In this document: piece after piece, positions 8,449-14,347 of the stretch
Numbering within the stretch: the first letter of the stretch is position 1
Layout: each line of letters begins with the position of its first letter
NCBI GenBank assembly: GCA_038243585.1
Contig: JBBSQY010000066.1
Span: forward strand, 1 to 14,347
From: Candidatus Sumerlaeales bacterium
GTDB lineage: Bacteria > Sumerlaeota > Sumerlaeia > Sumerlaeales > Sumerlaeaceae
Direction: 5' to 3'
DNA length: 14,347 bases
Made by a program: the position numbers and the translations under genes
Notes under the pieces: generated by a model
What the model was told of the DNA's origin: nothing
Databases searched by the model: none
What the model saw: only the letters and a program-made list of their open reading frames with translations

Positions 8449-8907
8449 TTATCCGTTACCAATTTCTTTCATACGCCGAATGGCCGCGGCCTTGCACATA
8501 TTGACCATGCCAGTAAGACCCATATTTTTTCCCATGCTAAGCTCCCGGCCAAAAAGATCATACACGATATCCGCAGGCACACGGACTATCTGTTCAAGCG
8601 GTGCGCCAGACAACGTACGGTCAAGCACCACCGCAGTTGCTTTCGCCGAAATCCCCTGAGGGTTCAGCACGTCGAAATAAAACTTAAGAGTGCCATCGGG
8701 CTGTGTCTCTGAAAAAACGAACGCTTCGCTTTCACAATGAGGGACAAGGGCAGTCTCAGGATAGGGTTTTGACGCAACGTCCGCCGGAACCGGCTTAAAC
8801 TTATCCCCCATATCAATGAGCGTCTGGATGCGTTCCGAACGATCCATTTCCGCAAACATCCCGGCCATATCCGCCAGCAACGGCGGGATTCCTGTATAGT
8901 CAGTCAT
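8449..8907 (-). CDS. sufE: SufE-family sulfur acceptor protein
   Basis: 152 aa. ERIQTLIDMGDKF, persulfide Cys in VPHCESEAFV (equivalent to the V.GCQS motif), LSGAPLEQIVRVP, LSMGKNMGL. Starts 29 nt after the sulfurtransferase stop. Confidence 0.88.
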   Translation of the reverse strand: MTDYTGIPPLLADMAGMFAEMDRSERIQTLIDMGDKFKPVPADVASKPYPETALVPHCESEAFVFSETQPDGTLKFYFDVLNPQGISAKATAVVLDRTLSGAPLEQIVRVPADIVYDLFGRELSMGKNMGLTGMVNMCKAAAIRRMKEIGNG

Positions 8908-8936
8908 TAGTAATTCCGCAGCTCTCCCCGCGCCAG

Positions 8937-9800
8937 TTACTTCTCAATAGGGACTCCCACCAAGTTTCCCCACTCGACCCAGCTGCCGTCATAGTTGCGA
9001 ACCTTTGGATAGCCGAGCAATTCCTTCAAGACAAACCAGGTATGACTGCTCCGCTCTCCGATGCGGCAATAGGCGACGATTTCATCCTCCGGCGCCAGTC
9101 CCGCTTCTTCGCCATAAATCTCACGCAACTGGCTCGCGCTCTTAAACGTGCCGTCTTCCGGATTTACCGCGCGACTCCAGGGAACGCTCTTGGCCCCAGG
9201 GATGTGCCCGCCCCGTATTGCGCCTTCGTTGGGATAACCATCCATGTGCAGCTTTTCGCCGCTATATTCCTGAGGGCTGCGAACATCCACAAGCTTCTTG
9301 CCTTCGCGAATATGAGCCAGAACGCCGTCACGGAAAATTCGGTTCAGCGTGTCATCGCGGTCCGGAGCCGTGTAATCAGTCACCGTGTAGTGTTTCACTT
9401 CCCGCGAAAGCGGGCGGTTTTCCTGCTCCCATTTGAGCCGGCCGCCGTCCATAATTTTTGCCTTGTGGTGGCCAAACATCTGAAACACCCAGAAGGCATA
9501 GGACGCCCACCAGTTGCTCTTGTCGCCGTAGATAACCACTGTCGTGTCCGGCGTAACTCCAATGCGCGACATAAGCGCCTGGAACTCGATCTTCCCGAGG
9601 TAGTCGCGGCGCAGCTGATCGTTCAGATCCCGCGTCCAGTCAATTTCCACGGCGCCAGGTATATGCCCCGACGGGTACAGTAACGGATCTTCGTTGGATT
9701 CGATAATGCGCACAGATGGATCATCCAGGTGCTGCGCAACCCACTCCGTGCTGACAAGTGTATCCGGGTGTGCGTACCCGCGATCCTGAATTTCTGACAT
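8937..9800 (-). CDS. sseA: Tandem-domain rhodanese / thiosulfate sulfurtransferase (SseA/CysA type)
   Basis: [37 protein letters not shown], active-site loop [11 protein letters not shown]-terminal YDGSWVEWG. True start is probably ATG 9800 ([12 protein letters not shown], 287 aa) with AGGAG upstream, rather than 9932. Confidence 0.93.
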   Translation of the reverse strand: MSEIQDRGYAHPDTLVSTEWVAQHLDDPSVRIIESNEDPLLYPSGHIPGAVEIDWTRDLNDQLRRDYLGKIEFQALMSRIGVTPDTTVVIYGDKSNWWASYAFWVFQMFGHHKAKIMDGGRLKWEQENRPLSREVKHYTVTDYTAPDRDDTLNRIFRDGVLAHIREGKKLVDVRSPQEYSGEKLHMDGYPNEGAIRGGHIPGAKSVPWSRAVNPEDGTFKSASQLREIYGEEAGLAPEDEIVAYCRIGERSSHTWFVLKELLGYPKVRNYDGSWVEWGNLVGVPIEK

Positions 9801-9910
9801 AGCCGTACCCGCTCCTGAGATGCAAATGATTGCTGCTGATAGGTATGCAAACCGGAAACCGACATTCACAAAGACAGACGTTTGCGGAAAAGGCTCTGGA
9901 CTACTAGACG

Positions 9911-9944
9911 AAAAAAGGCGCTTCGGAGTCAACCCGAAGCGCCT
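9911..9944 (-). terminator. Rho-independent terminator
   Basis: Minus strand AGGCGCTTCGG-GTTGACT-CCGAAGCGCCT followed by TTTTT: a perfect 11-bp GC-rich stem plus U tract. Confidence 0.85.
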
Positions 9945-9983
9945 CGTAAACTGCCTTTGTTGCCAAACCGGCGGAATTATATC

Positions 9984-10061
9984 TTATATCTGGCCGCTTG
10001 TGTAGTAGTTGTTATCTTCGTTGGACTCAGGGATGAAATTCCCAAAGTCTACAAAACCCAC
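9984..10061 (-). CDS. Possible 25-aa leader or small peptide MGFVDFGNFIPESNEDNNYYTSGQI
   Basis: GTG start 9 nt after AAAAGGA; TAA stop 39 nt before the terminator stem. No homology recognised. Confidence 0.25.
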   Translation of the reverse strand: MGFVDFGNFIPESNEDNNYYTSGQI

Positions 10062-10105
10062 CAGAATCTGTCCTTTTACAACTGTGCCTTGCGTCTAATA
10101 AGTCT

Positions 10106-10498
10106 TTATAAACACCGACCCGCGTAAATACCTAGACATAACCCCGCGAACCCTGCGCATACGCTGCCCAGCACATACAGTAGCGCCGTAGGCCAGCGGC
10201 CGTCATTGACCAGACTCCAAGCTTCAAGCTCGAAGGTTGAGAAGGTGGTGAAAGCGCCCAGAAAGCCAATGCAAACCATGTGATTCAAGGCCGCTGTGCT
10301 GGGCATTGCCCGCCCCGCGATTACAGTTATGGCGGCGCCCAGAAAGAAACTGCCGGATACATTGATGGCGAAGGTAGGCCACGGAAAGGACGTGGCGGCG
10401 AAGCCCCGGATCCAGTGGCCTGCTCCCATGCGTGCCATTGCCCCGAGGGCGCCGCCTAGAGCGACCAACGCGTAGTTTATCCATAAGGGATGGTTCAT
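10106..10498 (-). CDS. crcB: Fluoride efflux channel Fluc/CrcB
   Basis: 130 aa, four hydrophobic segments; GGALGAMAR, FPWPTFAINVSGSF, GFLGAFTTFSTFELE signature motifs. Confidence 0.96.
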   Translation of the reverse strand: MNHPLWINYALVALGGALGAMARMGAGHWIRGFAATSFPWPTFAINVSGSFFLGAAITVIAGRAMPSTAALNHMVCIGFLGAFTTFSTFELEAWSLVNDGRWPTALLYVLGSVCAGFAGLCLGIYAGRCL

Positions 10499-10708
10499 GC
10501 AACGGGTGTAACGGCGAGAATTCTAATGCGCCATAACTATTTAAGGCGTGTTTTGGGCAGCGCCATATGAACGCTTGTAACGCCGTTTTACGAGCTAAAT
10601 GAGGTCATGATGGCACAATGTTCTGCTGCAAGCGCGGCGTTTCGCTTTTTTTTTGATTGTTCTCTTTTGCGTTGCGTACCCCATGCAGCCCCGTCTATAT
10701 CCCTCCCC

Positions 10709-11176
10709 ATGGCTAAACAGTTAATTCAGGATGTCCGGATAAAGCAACTAAAGGTAATGCCCGACGAGCGCGGGCGGCTTATGGAAATGCTGCGTTCCGA
10801 TGATGAGATCTTTATGAACTTCGGTCAGGTCTACCTCACCTCCGCCTATCCCGGCGTCACGAAAGCGTGGCACTTTCACCGCCTGCAGACTGATCATTTC
10901 ATTGTCGTCCGCGGCATGATGAAGGTCGTCCTTTATGACTCGCGGGAAGGCTCGCCTACCCACGGTTTGGTCAACGAATTTTTCATGGGTGATTTTAACC
11001 CCATCGTCCTCCAGATTCCGCCCTTGGTCTATCATGGATTTAAATGTATCAGCGACCATGAAGCTTTGGTGATTAACGTGCCGACGGAGTTATATAACTA
11101 CGCGGAGCCGGACGAATATCGGGTGGATCCTCACAGCGGCGAAATCCCATACGATTGGTCGCGCAAAGACGGTTAA
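10709..11176 (+). CDS. rfbC: dTDP-4-dehydrorhamnose 3,5-epimerase (RmlC/RfbC) family cupin
   Basis: DERGRLME, KAWHFHRLQTD, LYDSREGSPTHG, LQIPPLVYHGF. Likely start ATG 10709 (MAKQLIQDV, 155 aa); the longer ORF-track N-terminus looks non-coding. Confidence 0.85.
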   Translation: MAKQLIQDVRIKQLKVMPDERGRLMEMLRSDDEIFMNFGQVYLTSAYPGVTKAWHFHRLQTDHFIVVRGMMKVVLYDSREGSPTHGLVNEFFMGDFNPIVLQIPPLVYHGFKCISDHEALVINVPTELYNYAEPDEYRVDPHSGEIPYDWSRKDG

Positions 11177-11242
11177 CGGATTACATAGAAGAATCTACAG
11201 TATGTTATCCGGAAGCGCGTAAATGAAAGGATTCCCGCTTAA

Positions 11243-11332
11243 ATGCGTAAAATTATCATTGTCTTAATAATCGTTGCTCTGATGGTGCTGGCTTACATTT
11301 ACGGGATGACAGACGTCTTCACGTCCACCTGA
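11243..11332 (+). CDS. 29-aa single-pass membrane microprotein MRKIIIVLIIVALMVLAYIYGMTDVFTST
   Basis: ATG 11243 to TGA 11330-11332; GAAAGGA Shine-Dalgarno-like sequence about 12 nt upstream; basic N-terminus followed by about 18 hydrophobic residues; fills the gap between two co-oriented genes. Confidence 0.6.
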   Translation: MRKIIIVLIIVALMVLAYIYGMTDVFTST

Positions 11333-11351
11333 GATCGTTCGCGACAATCTA

Positions 11352-12065
11352 TTGCAAATCCAACCTTTAACCCGCCTCCTGCGTTTCATATCCGCACTGG
11401 TTATTATCGTGCTCGCCGTTTATGGCCTTTACACGCTCTTTCGGCCCCAGAGGTCCGGTTCCACTAGCGCGCAACGAGTTGAAACCGTCGCTCTCGGGCC
11501 AATCAGCCGCGGTGACATCCTTTCCCAGTTTCGAGTCATCACTGTTGAACGCCAATACCGTATTCCTGTCATAGGTCGCAGCTACAAACCGCTTCCGGAC
11601 GCCGCCACAGGCGGGGTCATCGGCATGATTGCAAAAGACCTGCTCGGGAACCGCGACAGCGTGCCCGGCACCACAACCAATTTGGTTTATGACATGGTAA
11701 CCAGCGTGACAATGGGCATTGATCTGGCCAAGCTTCAAGAAGGTGACATCGTCAACGGCGACCGCGTCACAACCCTTACGTTGCCAAAGCCAGAAGTGAT
11801 CGCTGTAGTGCATGATTCCACCCAAAGCAAAATTTTCTCCAAAGACAGCCCCAAATTACCCTACCTGGACAACAGCGCCGCGCTGCTGACGGAACTCCAG
11901 CGCACGGGCACCCTGAAGCATCGCGCCGAGGCAGAGAATGATGACGCTTTGTTAGCAAAGGCGGAAAATGAGGCGCGACGCAGCCTTAAAGGACTGCTGG
12001 AACAGGTACATCCGGGGAGAGAAGTATACATCTTGTTTAAAAACAGCTCTAAAACCACAAAGTAG
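11352..12065 (+). CDS. DUF4230-like membrane-anchored protein
   Basis: 237 aa, TTG start (uncertain). N-terminal TM FISALVIIVLAVYGLYTLF; VTMGIDLAKL...VTTLTLPKPEVI and C-terminal LLAKAENEARRSLKGLL match my recollection of DUF4230. Confidence 0.75.
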   Translation: MQIQPLTRLLRFISALVIIVLAVYGLYTLFRPQRSGSTSAQRVETVALGPISRGDILSQFRVITVERQYRIPVIGRSYKPLPDAATGGVIGMIAKDLLGNRDSVPGTTTNLVYDMVTSVTMGIDLAKLQEGDIVNGDRVTTLTLPKPEVIAVVHDSTQSKIFSKDSPKLPYLDNSAALLTELQRTGTLKHRAEAENDDALLAKAENEARRSLKGLLEQVHPGREVYILFKNSSKTTK

Positions 12066-12171
12066 CGGGTCGGTTGCATAGGCCACAGTTTCCACCTTAC
12101 CTACTGTTCCGCTAAATAGATCATTTTTTTATGGCAATTAGTCGCCGCAACATATTTCTTTGAGATTAGAT

Positions 12172-12891
12172 ATGTTAAGAAAACTCAAATTCGCCTGCGT
12201 GACGTGCCGCCAGAACCTTTGTGGCGCGTATGTTCGCCTGACAATATTTGCCGCGCTTAGCCTTGCTGTGCTAACCCCCGGTGGAGTTATGGCGTTTACT
12301 CCGCCCTCACGTACGCTGCCTACCTACATCAACAGAATTTACATCCGCGAGTTTAAAAACAACTCCCGCTGGTTCGGCGCCCAGGCTGACTTAACCCTGC
12401 ACGTTAACGATGAGTTCATGCTGGACGGACGTCTGGACGTAGTGCAAAGTGAACGCTCAGACGTGCGCCTGGAAGGGCGCATCAACTTTATACGCGAAGA
12501 GTCTGCGGGTCTTGCGGGAGATGAGTTTCCGTTTATTTCCATAGTTCAGATGGAAACGGTGGTGGAACTGTGGGATCCTTATGACCCCGACCGCCTCGTT
12601 CCGCTTTACCGATTCACTGTTCCCACTGTAATCCAGTATATCAGCGATCCGCGCCGTAGCATTTCTGAAACAACCACCGAGGCTCGTGACCGCATTTTGC
12701 GCCAGGCCGCTAAAAATATTGTGAACACTGTGCTTGCCGGCACACCAACTCCCCTTCAGCCTCATGCGCAGAAGGTCATCGAACGCTACCAGCAACGCAG
12801 GGGCCCTAACATTTATGAACCCGTCGTTACTGAGCCGCGTTATCCCACAGCCACCCCGGCGCCCCGGCGAAACGTGGAACGGGCAGAGTAG
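12172..12891 (+). CDS. lptE: LptE-like (LPS assembly) exported protein
   Basis: TLPTYINRIYIREFKNNSRWFGAQADLTLHVNDEFMLDGRLDVVQSERSDVRLEGRI and ETTTEARDRILRQAAKNIVNTV resemble non-enteric LptE-family proteins. Start uncertain (TTG 12160 or ATG 12172). Confidence 0.65.
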   Translation: MLRKLKFACVTCRQNLCGAYVRLTIFAALSLAVLTPGGVMAFTPPSRTLPTYINRIYIREFKNNSRWFGAQADLTLHVNDEFMLDGRLDVVQSERSDVRLEGRINFIREESAGLAGDEFPFISIVQMETVVELWDPYDPDRLVPLYRFTVPTVIQYISDPRRSISETTTEARDRILRQAAKNIVNTVLAGTPTPLQPHAQKVIERYQQRRGPNIYEPVVTEPRYPTATPAPRRNVERAE

Positions 12892-13008
12892 TCACGTTCG
12901 CACCGAAGCAGCATCGGCGTCCCGCCGTTGTAAGCCAGCGTTCAAATAAAAACCCCGCCCAAACGGCTCGAATCCCCGATCTGTAGCACCCTCCTAAAGG
13001 ATACTTCC

Positions 13009-13863
13009 ATGCCCTATTGCGATCTACAACTTCACAGCACCCACTCCGACGGCACCGATTCACCCCGTCGAATCGTTGAACTCGCCCATGCGGAGGGCCT
13101 GGGGGCGATCGCGCTTACAGATCATGACACGACAACCGGTCAGGCCGAAATGCGCGCGGCTGGTGCGGAGCTGGGCGTTCAGATAATATCGGGCGTAGAG
13201 ATCACCTGCGAATTCGGCGGCAAAAGCATGGATATGCTCGGCTACTGTTTCGACAGCGGCGCAGAAGAATTACAGGCCAGGCTTACCGTCATCCAGGAAG
13301 GCCGTCTGGCCCGGAATCTGGAAATTATCGGCAAATTAAACGCTCTCGGATTCGACATTACGTACCAGGAAGTGGCCGCAGAAGCCGACAAGGCCGATGG
13401 CAAGATCGTCGGTCGCCCCCACTTCGCCACCGTAATGATTCGCAAAGGCATAGTGCTTGAAAGGCAGGAAGCTTTCGACTCTTACCTGGCGGAAGGCGGC
13501 GCAGCCTACGTGCAAAAGCTAGCCGTATCGCCGCAGGAGTGCGTACAAATGCTCCGATCCGCTGGCGGCCTCGCAGTGCTCGCTCATCCAAAACTTATCC
13601 GTTTCCCGAAAGACATCGGCATACGTGAACTGCTAACCGCGCTAAAAGCCGAAGGGTTGGCCGGTCTGGAGTGTTATTATAGTCTTCATTCCGAAGAAGA
13701 AACAGAATTTTACCTGAACCTTGCCCGGGAGTTTGACCTGCTGGTGACCGGCGGCAGCGATTACCACGGCGGCACCAGGCCGGAAGTTAGCGTCGGAACC
13801 GGAATGGGCAATCTGCGGGTCCCGATGGAATGCGCGGAGCGTCTGGTAGCCGCAGCGCAATAA
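13009..13863 (+). CDS. PHP-domain metallophosphoesterase, TrpH/YciV (RNase AM)-like family
   Basis: 284 aa. DLQLHSTHSDG, IALTDHDT, SGVEIT, VGRPHFA, AFDSYL, AVLAHP, GLECYYS, TGGSDYHG; AAAGGA Shine-Dalgarno upstream. Confidence 0.92.
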   Translation: MPYCDLQLHSTHSDGTDSPRRIVELAHAEGLGAIALTDHDTTTGQAEMRAAGAELGVQIISGVEITCEFGGKSMDMLGYCFDSGAEELQARLTVIQEGRLARNLEIIGKLNALGFDITYQEVAAEADKADGKIVGRPHFATVMIRKGIVLERQEAFDSYLAEGGAAYVQKLAVSPQECVQMLRSAGGLAVLAHPKLIRFPKDIGIRELLTALKAEGLAGLECYYSLHSEEETEFYLNLAREFDLLVTGGSDYHGGTRPEVSVGTGMGNLRVPMECAERLVAAAQ

Positions 13864-14097
13864 TTTTGACGCTCTGGAATTTGTTTCACAAGGCCTTCGC
13901 GAACTATTCAGGGACCATGTGTAGGTCCTCTTATAATCATCACCTCCCGTAGTACGTCTACAAAAGCCTTCACGCCACTCAACCCGTGAACAAAAGTATA
14001 TTTATTACACATTATCATCATGATGGCGGCGGTTACGGAATCATGCGATAGACTTCGACAGCCGTCGTTTCGATTCTTTCTAGGAGACACAGGAATA

Positions 14098-14347
14098 ATG
14101 ACAAAGCATTTTAAGCATTATATGGCCGCTGTAGCGCTATCGGCGATAGCCCTGAGCGCGCAGGCTGAAGCTAATCATTTGGTGCTATCAGAGGTCGGAA
14201 TTTATCCTTTAGATCAGACAAACGACGCTTCTGCGGAGTATGTGGAAATTTATAATCCCACAGCCGCAACGGTCAGCCTGAATAATTATTACCTAACCGA
14301 CACGAACAACTATTCGGGTCTGCCGGCCTCCATTGGCAAAGTGAACG
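14098..14347 (+). CDS. Secreted protein starting with a lamin tail domain (LTD); truncated by the window edge
   Basis: Translated by hand: MTKHFKHYMAAVALSAIALSAQA|EANHLVLSEVGIYPLDQTNDASAEYVEIYNPTAATVSLNNYYLTD. AQA signal peptidase I site, LTD motif LVLSEV...EYVEIYNPT...V.L..YYL.D, and AGGAGA Shine-Dalgarno at 14082. Confidence 0.85.
   Translation, partial: MTKHFKHYMAAVALSAIALSAQAEANHLVLSEVGIYPLDQTNDASAEYVEIYNPTAATVSLNNYYLTDTNNYSGLPASIGKVN

Noticed and set aside
9984..10022. NEDNNYY resembles the start of a tmRNA tag peptide
   Set aside because: No terminal AA residues, no tRNA-like ends, and the region is too short for tmRNA.
9882..10127. 81-aa plus-strand ORF with a hydrophobic stretch [17 protein letters not shown]
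   Set aside because: TTG start without a clear ribosome-binding site, reads through the terminator hairpin and overlaps the crcB end; the hydrophobic run follows from a GT-rich tract.
2646..10498. Idea that crcB-sseA-sufE-repeat protein-nadB forms one functional system
   Set aside because: A strong terminator separates crcB from sseA, the other gaps exceed 100 nt, and no shared pathway is evident. Co-orientation alone is insufficient.
12964..12990. GGCTCGAATCCCC resembling a tRNA T-arm or attachment-site remnant
   Set aside because: TTC is replaced by CTC, the stem pairs only 2 bp, and there is no cloverleaf or nearby integrase.
13960..14040. CAAAAGCC...TGATGGCGGCGGTTACGG upstream of the LTD gene, loosely like a c-di-GMP-I riboswitch
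   Set aside because: Lacks GGCAAAC, the GNRA tetraloop hairpin and GACGCAAA.

Overview
Ordinary chromosomal window of a diderm bacterium, with no mobile element, CRISPR array, tRNA or rRNA visible. Left part, minus strand, in transcription order: crcB/fluC fluoride channel; a strong intrinsic terminator; a tandem-rhodanese sulfurtransferase (SseA type) with sufE; a 1324-aa membrane-anchored protein of about 13 carboxypeptidase-regulatory-like repeats; nadB; a 540-bp intergenic region; and a large SurA/PrsA-like parvulin foldase that runs off the left edge and is missing from the ORF track. Right part, plus strand: RmlC-family epimerase, an unannotated 29-aa membrane microprotein, a DUF4230-like protein, an LptE-like protein, a PHP phosphoesterase and the start of a secreted lamin-tail-domain protein. 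I found no convincing new multi-gene system. Best leads: (1) two related GTAG-associated structured elements between nadB and the foldase; (2) the 29-aa membrane sORF; (3) a short ORF plus terminator upstream of sseA-sufE; (4) enzymes with altered active sites (parvulin His to Tyr twice, PHP His to Gln and His to Asp) and an LptE without a lipobox. All folds and family calls were made by eye.
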